NCBI GenBank assembly: GCA_965235115.1
Contig: OZ249441.1
Coordinates: 13,640,001 to 13,704,000, forward strand
DNA from: Laetmonice hystrix
Lineage: Eukaryota
Direction of reading: 5' to 3'
Length of the DNA stretch: 64,000 nt
This document shows, piece after piece, positions 39,455 to 52,054 of the stretch. Each line of letters starts with the position of its first letter. Position 1 is the first letter of the stretch. The translations under genes were made by a program, and so were the position numbers. The notes below the pieces were generated by a model. It worked only from the letters and a program-made list of their open reading frames with translations, was not told where the DNA came from and ran no database searches.

Positions 39455-39963
39455 TTGTTGCCGACAAGTTTCCGCAGGCTTATTATGTTACAGAAGGTAA
39501 CCTTTTCTCAGATAAATGGTAATTTAACTATAACTGATAATAGGCATTTACCGACGAGATCACACGATGCTGTCTTACTTCCGGTACCCCGGCCTATGAG
39601 TGAACAGTTCAAAAAGTCAACCAGATATCAAGGCCCGGTCTCTTGGAACAAACTACCAACCAGAATACGATCATTGACGGATAAGAATGAATTTAAAACT
39701 GCAATTAAGAGCTTTTACTTTGAAATATTTTTAGCGAATGACCAACGTTGAGTGATTTATGAAATAGTTATTATTAGGTTCCTCATATGATAGTGGTTGT
39801 ACATGTATTACTTGTTTAGAATCTGTATTTGTTCGTTAAACTGTATGTCCGACTGTATAGATAGGATCCTACATTTGTGACGGTGTCATATAGCCGAGTG
39901 GGATATCCTGTTTAAATATGATTAATAAAAATAAAAAAAAATAAAAAAAATAAAAATAAAAAA
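39455..39963 (+). mobile_element. 5'-truncated LINE (CR1/L2-like): ORF2 C-terminus, 3' UTR and A-rich tail
   Basis: ORF 39455-39751 contains HLPTRS...LPVPRPMSEQFKKSTRYQGPVSWNKLPTRIRSLTDKNEFKTAIK, the typical post-RT motif (TR..L..P....F..S..Y.GP..WN.LP..IR...FK..LK). About 170 bp of UTR follows, ending in an (A)nT-type tail at about 39923-39963. Confidence 0.82.
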
Positions 39964-42664
39964 CATTGACTGCTTACAGCAGACGGTTATGTTTGGGGAC
40001 CACTAACTGCCCCACGACAAGACTATTGTTGTGTTGGGTACCTCAGGTTAGCGACTCGGCCTCACCCTCGCCTGCCGGGTGAGCAGACCTATGTTGTGAA
40101 GGTCCATGAGGTAAGGACAACATTCTGAGTCTGTCCACTCGCTGATGTCGTATCTGCTGTGTCCGCTGTGGTCACTCGACCACTAACCTCTGCTGTCCTC
40201 ATGTAGTGACGGGCCCACAATTATCGGTCTAACGTTAACTCCCCACCACCCTTACCACCACGTCCTCGAGTGGTCTGCATACTCAAGTTTCTGGTGAACC
40301 CTTCATGTTAAATGTGCTCGGCGTGTTTCCTACTAAAGTAGCTGGTGTTAAATTTGCGTGAAGCACTTTACGCCAGCCTGCCAAACATTGCGCAAACGTA
40401 ACGTCACTAATCAGTCACTAATCAGTCACTGAACAAGGCGCGAGAAACAAATAATCCTAGTTAGATTCCAAGCACAGTATGGACTCCTGGAGATGCTCTA
40501 TACAGCTGGGGCCGGTAGAACCTAATTAGCACACAATCTAACATTCAAAAAGCACTTCTTATACAGGCGTACTTATGATGTAAAGAGCACAAGCTTGATA
40601 TATATACCAAGTCACCGATATTTCAGCAAGTCTATGAAAACTGTTTCGCAGAGGAAAAACCAAGCAATTTGGGGCGGTGCACTGCATCAAGCAATGGCGA
40701 GGATGACAGGGTAATCTCAGCAGGCGTGGCTCCCTGACCCACCCATCCATTACTTACACGAAATGTCAGGCCACTTTTTAAACGGAGAAGTAACGTAAAT
40801 AAGAAACATTTCGTCGGCGACAAACTGTAGGTTTTATGCGCAGTAATGATATTACAGGGAACTAAGTATATACGTCTACCCCCTGGGAAACATACATGTT
40901 TACCTTTGTTAATAAATATTAAATTTTAGATTTTCTGAATCTGCAACTGAACTAAGGCGCAAGTATCTTCAGCATTGGTCTATTACGGTAAGTAGAAAGT
41001 GCGACCATAGTGAAAGATTTCTGTAAATATCCAGTATGATAGACAAGACCATGTTTTAAAGAGGGCTGATCTGTTCGACCCGAAGCCTTAATTTCTGTTT
41101 AAATCAGAGCACCTATCAGGTTACTGCAGCCATTGTTTTCCAGCTCCTAAAATAGCCAATTGCTGCTTACTGGGCGTAAAAACATTAATCACTAAATATC
41201 CAGGACACGGTCTCTATTTTTTTTTAACAAATCTCTTGTTAATTCAGATGGGAATGGACAAGCTAAGGAACACAGAGTAATTTTACCATTTAAATTTTTT
41301 GTTATCCCCTGGCGGGATTTATTTGAAAGTGTGGCAACCGCAAGGTCACCGGCGGTTGCCCACATCTGCCCCCTGGCAACACTAAACAGAACTACAGCCT
41401 GGAGAACCTGCTATTCGAACCGACACATGAATTTTTACGATTCATACTGCTGAGTTTGATCAAACATTTGTTAATGGCCCTTTTTATCCATTGAAGAAAT
41501 TGCTTTAACAGAAAACTATTTCTCTCTTATAATATAACACCCTCCCCGGAAAATGTTTCATGTACAGTAATTGATCAATTTGATGTCCTCAATTTTACGG
41601 GAAAATCCTTGACAAGGCTTTCATGCTCACAGGCAAGTAGTTATCTTCTCATCTACTCATACAAAATCTTCCTAGACTGAAGATATGGTGTAGAGGATTG
41701 GGCAGAATGAACCTCCTGAGTGGCTGGATGGGGTTAGAAGGATATGGAATGGCCGCAAGCCTGAATAAAATGCAAAGTCAAGCCGGGAGGAAGGACATTG
41801 AGAAGAAGAATGGTTAGACAGAAGGGCAACTGATGATGAATATAATAAACATCTGCTGGTGTTTAGATGGAACAACTTAGAATGGTGAATGGTCAAATTT
41901 ATGAAGGTAAAATGATGGCATATACAACAACATCACAAAAAGGACTGTGCCAATATAGGGTCAATACCTCCTGTCGAGGGAGCACAAATTTGAGTAAAAG
42001 CAGCTGGCAGTTTCCTTATAATACAGTGCTCTATTATAGAGAAGACCAAACATTTTAGGGACCACAAAGTGGTCAATCCACTCCTAGGTTTGTTAGGTGG
42101 CGGTCGCCAATACACACTGCTGTCGGAACAAATGTAATGGTGGGAGGTGGCCTTCCATTCATCATGTCATGAACAGTCACACAACCAGAAACCACCTTCA
42201 GTCCACCTCACATCAAGTGGTTTTCTCCCCGAGAAAATAAGCAACGAATGCAATCACACGAGCCATCAGGCAGCCCGCCAGGCCCTGAGTGGGCGACTAG
42301 GACGATACTCAGGCGCAGCTAATTGCAATCTTTGCTTTAAGATCGATTCATATCAGTCCCCAAAGGCTTCTATGTGGCACGAATGCTTGAGGGGAGCAAT
42401 GGTTCTCTTGGTGAATACGGTCACAGTTACCGCTCAGCCGTTCAGAAAATCCCACAAATTATATGGACATCTCCGAGTCGGTGAATCTGTGAGTAGGCAA
42501 AGCCATTGCCAGCAATCATCTTGATGGGAACGGCTCAAACAATACGTCAACTACAGGAGAGCTGTTTTATATAGGCCCAGGCTAGCCATCAACAGGCTAA
42601 CAGTCTACACTACAGGCTCAAAGGGCAGCAACCTGCCAGCAAATACTGGTCGGTATACCGTGAC

Positions 42665-43966
42665 TTCCGCTTCCTGTGTTGGTCAGCTATCAGACCTGTG
42701 TGCAGAGTGGTACCATGACAGACCCTGAACCAGGCCGAGGGCGTCCACTTCCTGTGTTGGTCAGCTATCAGACCGGTGTGCAAAGTCTAAGAGTGGTACC
42801 TTGACAGGCCCTGAACCAGGCTGACGGCTTCCACTTCCTGTATTGGTCAGCTATCAGACCTGTGTGCAGAGTCTGAGAGTGGTACCGTGACAGACCCTAA
42901 ACCCGGCTGAGGGCTTCCACTTCCTGTGTTGGTCAGCTATCAGACCTGTGTGCAGAGTCTGAGAGTGGTACCGTTACAGACCCTGAACCAGGCCGAGGGC
43001 TTCCACTTCCTGTGTTGGTCAGCTATCAGACCTGTGTGCAGAGTCTGAGAGTGGTACCGTGACAGACCCTGAACCAGGCTGACGGCTTCCACTTCCTGTG
43101 TTGGTCAGCTATCAGACCTGTGTGCAGAGTCTGAGAGTGGTACCGTGACAGACCTTGAACCCGGCTGACGGCTTCCGCTTCCTGTGTTGGTCTGCTATCA
43201 GACCTGTGTGCAGAGTCTGAGAGTGGTACCGTGACAGACCCTGAACCAGGCCGAGGGCTTCCACTTCCTGTGTTGGTCAGCTATCAGACCTGTGTGCAGA
43301 GTCTGAGAGTGGTACCGTGACAGACCCTGAACCCGGCTGAGGGCTTCCGCTTCCTGTGTTGGTCAGCTATCAGACCTGTGTGCAGAGTCTGAGAGTGGTA
43401 CCGTGACAGACCCTGAACCCGGCTGACGGCTTCCGCTTCCTGTGTTGGTCAGCTATCAGACCTGTGTGCAGAGTGGTACCGTGACAGACCCTGAACCCGA
43501 CTGAGGGCTTCCACTTCCTGTGTTGGTCAGCTATCAGACCTGTGTGCAGAGTCTGAGAGTGGTACCGTGACAGTCCCTGAACCAGGCTGAGGACTTCCGC
43601 TTCCTGTGTTGGTCAGCTATCAGACCTGTGTGCAGAGTCTGAGAGTGGTACCGTGACAGACCCTGAACCAGGCTGAGGGCTTCCACTTCCTGTGTTGGTC
43701 TGCTATCAGACCTGTGTGCAGAGTCTGAGAGTGGTACCGTGACAGACCCTGAACCAGGCTGAGGGCTTCCACTTCCTGTGTTGGTCAGCTATCAGACCTG
43801 TGTGCAGAGTCTGAGAGTGGTACAGTGACAGACCCTGAACCCGGCTGAGGGCTTCCGCTTCCTGTGTTGGTCAGCTATCAGACCTGTGTGCAGAGTCTGA
43901 GAGTGGTACCGTGACAGACCCTGAACCCGGCTGAGGGCTTCCGCTTCCTGTGTTGCTGGTTAGTCA
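42665..43966. repeat. Minisatellite, 86-bp unit (two 78-bp variants), 15 full copies plus a partial
   Basis: TTCCTGT[G/A]TTG starts at 42671, 42749, 42835 and onward to 43945 at an 86-bp period. Units 1 and 10 lack CTGAGAGT. Confidence 0.97.
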
Positions 43967-44039
43967 GCTGATCTGTGTCGTGTGCATGACTAGCTATATC
44001 TCGGTGAATCCCACCACAAACCCTACACCAAACACTGTC

Positions 44040-44275
44040 TATCTCCAAGTCTCCAAATCTCTAGACTTCGTCACGCGCGCCCTCAAGCAACCTCTCCATT
44101 TACATCTATTCTGTCCGCCGCCTGCCAGACGGCTATCTTCTGCTCGAGTCATACCAATCTCACCATGTATTGCACGTATCACAGGTCCCACAACTCCCAC
44201 TACATCCCTCACCCTGTCACTTCCTTGTCACCAGCCCAAACAGCTCCAATCACCGTCAAACTGGCAGCGCAATAA
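44040..44275 (+). mobile_element. Very weak candidate decayed tyrosine-recombinase fragment
   Basis: One frame reads ISRLRHARPQATSPFTSILSAACQTAIFCSSHTNLT...ITVKL, loosely resembling the YR motif L..AA..LAFFGFLR.GE.T. The catalytic Arg is absent. Confidence 0.15.
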
Positions 44276-44469
44276 TATTATCATCATCAGAAAATAGGCT
44301 ATTTTCCTACCTGAAATGTACCAGAAATTAATATGTTCCAAAAGTAGATCTTGGCTAAGGTAATATATAGTTGTCTAATTCTATAGATGCTAGCAGGGAA
44401 GAGGCTATGTGCCGGCTATAGGACCTGATACAGTTCTGCCTGTACCATGATAACCTGAGGCACGGTAAG

Positions 44470-44780
44470 CGCCACGTGAGGCCTCAATCAATACGGCCGC
44501 CAGGGGGCAGCAGGGAAACCTCTCGGGTCGCCGGGGCCCATCAAGGCTAAATCAGATCATGCATATTTACATGAATGTGTGTAATGAGCGCTGACGGCCA
44601 CCGGAGTCATGACAGCCACCCGGCCATCCGGCGGAGACATCACTCCCGGCCTGATTTGACAGCGCTCTTAAAGGGATCAAAACCACCGGTCCAGGGAACC
44701 GGTCCAAAACCTATCATCACCTAGCATCAAATCAGGCAGCAACACCATCGCCGCCACCATTTGGCACGTGCTGCCACATT
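44470..44780. promoter_or_regulatory. Motif cluster: E-boxes, CTCF-like site, octamer-like site
   Basis: GCCACGTG at 44471-44478, GGCCGCCAGGGGGCAGCA at 44495-44512, ATTTACAT at about 44564, GGCACGTG at about 44763; CpG-rich. Confidence 0.35.
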
Positions 44781-45357
44781 GCTTGGTTCTATGATTTGCC
44801 CCCAATCGGGCGCAACTGTTTTTTAAAATCTCCCCCGTCTCTCGGCCAACCTGGACTTTCAACCATCACGTAGTTTTTGTTATGGTGTAACTCAGCAGCC
44901 GAGCCACAACAGTCGGTGCAGGTGCCCCAGATATTCTGGCTATGAAATATTCACTGGCTCTGGTTCAATGCAACCCAAACCTCTCGTTTTCTGATGCTCA
45001 ACTTGGCGCTGAACCCCTTACTGGCTGCTGCATCTCAAGTTAAATCCCTAAACTATAATTTTCCCTTTGAAAGGGATCAAGATTACCGCAGACGGTTCTG
45101 TAACAGTGTCGTAGACTCTCATATACAACAGCCTCGATATCATGTGCAGATGACCTTTTTCATCTTGCGCCCATGCCATTTTTACTTTAGTTGTAGGCAC
45201 CTCCAATATAAAAAAAAGTGGTCGTTTTTAATATAGGCCTATTCTGTAAAAAGACCTGAAAGAGAGAGACAAATTCTGGTTTGGGACTGCCTGAGCTTGG
45301 AATGGGTCAAGACGGCATGCAGGTGTATCTGTGTGAATACCGTACCTTGCACAGATC

Positions 45358-45614
45358 TATACTGCCGTGAAATGACAAAAGGAAGCAAGTCCAAAAGTTC
45401 AAGTTTCGAGAAATGGACATAAACAAGTTGTCTCTACAGTGCAGTTGGATAGACATGCTTGCTTCTGTCATGTGACTGATAGCTTCATAGAAGGATGTTT
45501 AGCAGAAATACACCCATTGATAGATAGGACTTACTTCCCTGAATCCAAATTTACACTTAAGTCGATTTTGATGAAAGTTGAACTTGCTTCCTTTTGTCAT
45601 TGCACGGCAGTATA
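45358..45614. mobile_element. MITE (about 257 bp) with about 36-bp TIRs, flanked by TA/TATA
   Basis: Left TATACTGCCGTGAAATGACAAAAGGAAGCAAGTCCAA against right (reverse complement) TATACTGCCGTGCAATGACAAAAGGAAGCAAGTTCAA: 2 mismatches. Confidence 0.88.
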
Positions 45615-46367
45615 GAGTATAGATACACATGATTGCGCCCCCCACCCCCCACCCCCCCGATCTGTACTGTCTCGTCTTTTTCATACGATCGATGAGGCAC
45701 GAATTATGGAATTTAAAATCCACTTCTCCTAAACCTAAATAAACGTCACGCACAGGTATCTAATGGTATAACAAATGGCTCAAAATGTTCTAACCCATCT
45801 ATTTCTGATCATATTTGAGATGCCTGTAATACCGCTGTTGATCCCTAGGTCACCATCCCCCACCAGCCTCTAGTCCTACCAGCCTTCCTTCACCAGCACA
45901 GGCCGGTTTTACCCCTCAAACCACCACGGCCATCCCCTCTCCCCACTGGCTGTGTTGTGTGTCCTGTCCTTGGGGCCCTTTTTCTGTGTATAACCGCCAG
46001 GGTGTTTGGGGGTGGGGCGGTGCGGATTGACGGACCTTCCAGTTTCAACTATTTGATTATTAACCGTCCTTCGTGAATATCCCTGCATTCAGCGCTAGGA
46101 TTAACATAACATATTAGCTTTAATAAGAGAAGCTGAGACTAAGATCAGATTAGTCTAGTCGTCAGTGGACCTGTGAGGCCCGCGTCCCCGGCCAAGGTCA
46201 GTCCACCAGCGGGAGCAGAAGACCTGAGCTGTAGACAACACCAGACTCTCGGGGGACCTTCCCTTATCTCTTATGGTTGGGAATCCTGCCAGTCTCTGTC
46301 TCCTTTTTACAGGAAGCAGAGGCTACTCCTAACACTTCGCCCACTTTGTGTTCCGTGACGCCAAGGC

Positions 46368-46414
46368 CCAGACCCCGTCCCCAGACCCCGTCCCCAGACC
46401 CCGTCCCCAGACCC
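46368..46414. repeat. Short tandem repeat, 13-bp unit x3.5 (CCAGACCCCGTCC)
   Basis: GACCC starts at 46371, 46384, 46397 and 46410. Confidence 0.9.
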
Positions 46415-46764
46415 TTTCAACACCTCGGACTGGGATTTTTTTAAAGGCACGGTTGCTTTTAGTGAATATCGCTACTGATTCAATCAGGTGTTTTGGCCGT
46501 GTAATGGAGTATGCTGAGACTTCTCAACGTGAACCGTAGTACGTACCTTTGTGAGGTCCGAGCCGCTGTCAGGCCTCACCGGCTTCCCTCTCCATTCCAA
46601 TGTCCCATGTCATCCATCAATCACCCTCCCACGACAAGAAAACCTGACCGTACCATGTTACCACTTCCAAACAAAGTTACCCTCCTCACCCGAAACCTCA
46701 TCGAACCCACACAACAAGACAATCCCACTATCTGCTACAATCATTCACCCCAACATGTTATCAT

Positions 46765-47700
46765 CCCCAGGCCATGCTACCTCCCTTCCTTCTCCTTGGT
46801 TCACCCCCACGCCATGCTACCCCCCCTTCCTTCTCCTTGGTTCACCCCCAGGCCATGCTACCTCCCTTCCTTCTCCTTGGTTCACCCCCACGCCATGCTA
46901 CCTCCCTTCCTTCTCCTTGGTTCACCCCCAGGCCATGCTACCTCCCTTCCTTCTCCTTGGTTCACCCCCACGCCATGCTACCTCCCTTCCTTCTCCTTGG
47001 TTCACCCCCAGGCCATGCTACCTCCCTTCCTTCTCCTTGGTTCACCCCCACGCCATGCTACCCCCCCTTCCTTCTCCTTGGTTCACCCCCAGGCCATGCT
47101 ACCTCCCTTCCTTCTCCTTGGTTCACCCCCACGCCATGCTACCTCCCTTCCTTCTCCTTGGTTCACCCCCAGGCCATGCTACCTCCCTTCCTTCTCCTTG
47201 GTTCACCCCCACGCCATGCTACCTCCCTTCCTTCTCCTTGGTTCACCCCCAGGCCATGCTACCTCCCTTCCTTCTCCTTGGTTCACCCCCAGGCCATGCT
47301 ACCCCCCCTTCCTTCTCCTTGGTTCACCCCCAGGCCATGCTACCTCCCTTCCTTCTCCTTGGTTCACCCCCACGCCATGCTACCTCCCTTCCTTCTCCTT
47401 GGTTCACCCCCAGGCCATGCTACCTCCCTTCCTTCTCCTTGGTTCACCCCCAGGCCATGCTACCTCCCTTCCTTCTCCTTGGTTCACCCCCACGCCATGC
47501 TACCTCCCTTCCTTCTCCTTGGTTCACCCCCACGCCAAGCTACCTCCCTTCCTTCTCCTTGGTTCACCCCCAGGCCATGCTACCTCCCTTCCTTCTCCTT
47601 GGTTCACCCCCACGCCATGCTACCTCCCTTCCTTCTCCTTGGTTCACCCCCACGCCATGCTACCTCCCTTCCTTCTCCTTGGTTCCACCCCCAGGCCATG
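46765..47700. repeat. Pyrimidine-rich minisatellite, 40/41-bp unit, about 24 copies (CCCCA[G/C]GCCATGCTACCTCCCTTCCTTCTCCTTGGTTCAC)
   Basis: Directly visible 40-bp period. Explains the 477-, 391- and 345-aa ORFs in all three plus-strand frames. Confidence 0.98.
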
Positions 47701-47941
47701 TTTCCATCTCCTCCAGCCACATATGACCACCACCATTTCCCTACGACCACCGCTACCAAGCGGCCGTTGCTGTCACAAAGTGGTGTCTGCCTTCACAAAG
47801 TGGCCCGCTGAATGTTGCATGACAGGAGACAGGAAGACGTCCATTACGGACGTCCACAGTGTGGAAGGCCCGAGGACCTCCCTCCTCCCGGTAACACACC
47901 ACTCCATAGGAACCTTGCTCCTCCTCGTCATGGCTTCTTCG

Positions 47942-48018
47942 TAAGGAGGCGATTCGTAAAACAGAACCCTGCGAAGTCCTAGGTGAACGGCCTAAAACGA
48001 CGAATTGCCGCTCCTTAT
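47942..48018. mobile_element. Possible miniature inverted-repeat element (about 77 bp)
   Basis: TAAGGAGGCGATTCGT against (reverse complement) TAAGGAGCGGCAATTCGT; imperfect. Confidence 0.3.
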
Positions 48019-50549
48019 GTGAAACAGCTCACTACAAAATATGCTAGCTCTTCTCAGTATGTCACAAGAAAACTTCCATCAGTATAAAATCATCACCTAA
48101 TGAATTTGTTGCGAAGCCTCAGTATAATATGAAATCTGGGAGTAATCTAACAAGCAAGGACAGAGAGGAATTTCTGGAAATAACGTGATACCAGTAAAAA
48201 ACATTTCCCTCACTAGTTAAGGTCGAGGGGCGATTTAAGCGATAGTGTTATGTTCAGAACTATACATGTATGGAATTCCATTTCACTACGACGGCAGAAA
48301 CGTTGCAGAATCTAATTTGTTCCACTTCCAATGCTTTGAGGCATTAGATTATTGTCCAAAAACATGTCTAACGGTGCCTAAGAAAAGGAGCACAGGTATT
48401 GTTACTACTCTGCCACAACTCAATACATTCTTACCTTAAAAATGCAGTCCATTTACTCAATCGCTGAAAAATATTTGAAATCTGTCCTCGTAATAACCTG
48501 ACTAATGCTACGATACATGAACACTGAAATGTTGTGTAATTACCAATTATCAAATTTCAGAATTGTAGACTTTGGAAATATTACAAGACTATTCTTTTAC
48601 TGCTCTGCGTGTTTTAATTAAATTTCGACTTTTTCTACTATCATTCGGTACAATAAAGAGTGTCTGACATTTCCACATTTCCTGCACGTGATGATGAGAC
48701 AAACAATAACGACAAAATAACAGTAATCCCCATTGTGAAAGACAATATAACGTTTCTTCCCCCTCTATGAATTGGGTGCCTAACATAGCACGATTTTCCA
48801 AAGGTCATGAATACTGGGTTTCTCTAATTGGGATGACGAAATACTGATCAAGCTACACGAACAGACATAAGGTTTCATCCATAAGGTTTCATTCAGGTAT
48901 CTGACACTGGCAGTAATCTCAACATCGGATTTGACGCGGGAGCATGTTATCATCCCAAGAAACGCTGTTTCTATGTGCAGCAGACGCCACAGCACTGACT
49001 CCTAGCTATCCCAGGTTGCGTGTTCTGTGGCTGCGCTGGAGGCCCATTCCACTGCACTGACAGTATCACGGTTATATCTGACAATTCATTCACTAGACTG
49101 GATCACATCTGACCGAGCCAGAACAGTACATGATAATGAATTTCATATAGAAAAAATCCAATTCAATATTGGGAATTGTGGAAATTAAGTATGAATGGAT
49201 ACAGCCATGACTAATGTTTTTGGACAAAGCCAGAACGACCTGTCGTAGAGATTGGATTGTAGTGTATGCGATGGCCACAATCCTGCAGGTGGCATTGGCA
49301 AGTGAAAGGCTCCAGTATCCAGACACGTCCAGTAGTAATATGGCCACCAAGACGTATACCGTACGCCAACTAGACGAGGCTCAATGTTGTACCATCTCGC
49401 ATATTGCAGCCCCAGCCCGTGCTCCTCCGCCACTCCTCAGCCTCTAGCCAAGCTCTCAGCAATCCCACTCCAAAACTGTTACCGCAACTATCTCCTCCAA
49501 CACACGGTCCTTCCCTCCACTCTGCTACAGCCAGTCCACTATTTCATACATTCTGCCATCCCCCGGATTCCCATCTCTGCTGATACGCCTACCTGCCCAC
49601 CTACAGCCTGGCCGTCCACCAACCCAGCTAAAATTAAACAACCAGTTTTACCGGGATTTTTCAACCAATTATATCACCACGGTTTGTCTCATGGACTCAC
49701 TGACATTGGCAACAAATGATGTATGATTGGTAGCGTTGACAGTTACAGTACACAGATATGAGCAAAAAAGTTACAGGATGACTCCAGGAAAAATTTGTTT
49801 GGGAGAATGTTTGGGCGCTACATCTTTCGTTAACCAGTACAGCCCCCAACCCCACCCCTCCCACATCAAAGTTTCCAAAGTGACTGCGGTTAACCTTGCT
49901 AACGAATTGTAATAAAATTGTCATAACAACATCGTAACTGATCAATTTTAACGAATATCTTACCTGTACCTTAGTATATGCTACCACAACAAGGATTAAC
50001 TCATTGAGATTTGTAATAGCCAACACGTTCGCTATGATTACAACTTTCGCAACTCCAGGCATAAATGCCACTGGTACATTTGTTCGGCACCTATAATCTT
50101 TTCTATTTTTACACTCAGAACAGGGAGTGACAACTTGGGTATGGCTTTCCCCGGATGGAAAACTGAGGGAATCTCAATTTTCCGTCCAAATACCCAATTA
50201 TCCAACTTGTCAATAACGGCAGTGAATTATTCATACGTGCAATGGACTGCAACAAGCTGTCGTCTGACGTCGGGCTCATCACGACAGACGAAACGGTTGA
50301 AGATCCCTTCACAATGTGTGCCTCTGGCGAGATCTATCAAAATGCTACTGCTAGATTAAATACACCCTCAATGATCCCGCCAACATGTCTTGTCAGATTT
50401 GATCCAATTAACACACTCTGCCACAGCACCGCAACTTCTACGGCTGATCACACTGAACAACCCTTCCAGGCCCCTGTTTCAGAAAGGCTCTAAGCAAAAA
50501 GCTTCAAGCTAAGCAGGGCTACGGTGGCCCACGAGGACAGATACCCTTA

Positions 50550-50675
50550 AACTTTCTAGATTGACTTTCATGGATATTTTTACGGCAGTGAAAAAATCAC
50601 CGCGATAAAAATATTACCACCACGGTTAGATTATTATATCTGCGAAAATATCGATGAAAATCAATCTAAAAAGTT
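50550..50675. mobile_element. Small MITE-like element (about 126 bp)
   Basis: AACTTTCTAGATTGACTTTCATGGATATTTT against (reverse complement) AACTTTTTAGATTGATTTTCATCGATATTTT: about 31 bp, 3 mismatches. Confidence 0.72.
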
Positions 50676-51706
50676 AAAAACAGTAAAGGTCTATGTCCCT
50701 ATGGGCTGCCGTACGTACCTCTGCTCTGCTTAAAGCTTGCTGCTTCGAGCCTTTCTGAAACCGGGGTCAAGTCTGCTCCAATCTCGATTCTCTGACGCAG
50801 CTGATCCAGTCGACAACCTCGGCAGGAGCTCACTCCGACACCAAACTCGACAATATTTTTATCGCTGGTATCTTTCTCCTGGATTTAGTAGCGACTGGAT
50901 CTTGATGACAAAAACATTGCCTCATGCAGCGCTGACTCTTGCCCATTAAATCGTCCATTCAGTCTTAAAAAAAACTGTTCACTCGTGAGGCAACCCTGCG
51001 TAAAGCCCATACCACCTGCGGCAACCAGCACGAGAAACTACAACAGGCCTCTAAGCCGGGCTGATGAAAACAATGCATTCCAAACACTTTTATTACACAG
51101 AAACGATTCATTACTCTTTTTAATACAAATTGCATCGATTTCCAGTAACCATATAAAACAAGAACACGGCGACTAACATATTCTTTCCAAAGGTTCTTCC
51201 TTCGAGCAACCTGACGTATACGGTACTTGTCAACTTGTCCGGGAACCACCGCCTTACTTGGCACATCCAAGAAGGTACTGTGAAAGCCCCTCATCCAATA
51301 ATCACTTGCGCGGAAAATTTGGGGTTGTAAATGTTTGCTTTCACTTTGCCGACCCTTTCTGTGGGAAAATAACGACAATGTGGAGGCGTGGTTCTTGTCG
51401 CCGCCTTGTATACAGAGGGAGCTGTATGAAGACTGGTCTATCGATCCTGGTGGGAGGCCGACCGTATCTTCCCTGACGATGGCGGGGGTGGAGGTGTGGG
51501 GCTGACCGGCCGGTGGCACAGTCTGGATGGCCCTCGGTCTGACCAGGCTTCAATCAACACCACCCGTGGGTACTTCGTCCTTATTGGACTGTCACGATTG
51601 GTTTCAGCGCTGTTGTTGGTAGGCTCACTAAGCAAACGGCCACCATATCGAGTTGATACCGGGAGTGTCAACTATGAACCAGTAAGAGTACCACATTCAA
51701 TCTAAT

Positions 51707-52054
51707 GACGCCCTGTCCAGGTCTTAACTGACAACTGATGTAAACTGACAGCAGTTGTCAGTTTAGATCCAGGCCTAAACTGACAAATAAGGATCACTAG
51801 TGCTAACATGATAATCACTAATTTGAAATGACTCTGGATATGACAGCACTGAACGATAATTGCTCTCTGTGAAAGGCAATGTCGAATTAAATATTTTTGC
51901 TGTAAGAAGCAATTCAGGCTTCATTCCTGTCAATTCCAAATTAGTGATTTATCATTCCAGCACAATTTATCATTATTTGTCAGTTTAGACATGTATCTCA
52001 ACTGGCAACTGTTTTCAGTTTAAACCAGTTGTCAGTCAAGACCCTGACACGCCC
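51707..52054. mobile_element. Fold-back MITE (about 350 bp) with about 120-bp diverged inverted arms
   Basis: Left GTCCAGGTCTTAACTGACAACTGATGTAAACTGAC...CTAAACTGACAAATAA against right (reverse complement) GTCAGGGTCTTGACTGACAACTGGTTTAAACTGAA...CTAAACTGACAAATAA. Similarity continues through ATGATAA(A)TCACTAATTTG. Internal AACTGACA subrepeats. Confidence 0.85.

Noticed and set aside
9377-47700. CRISPR interpretation of the tandem arrays (e.g. 32-bp, 38-bp and 40-bp units)
   Set aside because: Units are head-to-tail with no unique spacers, there are no cas genes, and the context is eukaryotic.
46511-47944. 477-, 391- and 345-aa ORFs
   Set aside because: They are translations of a stop-free 40-bp minisatellite, open in all three plus-strand frames, with frameshifting unit lengths.
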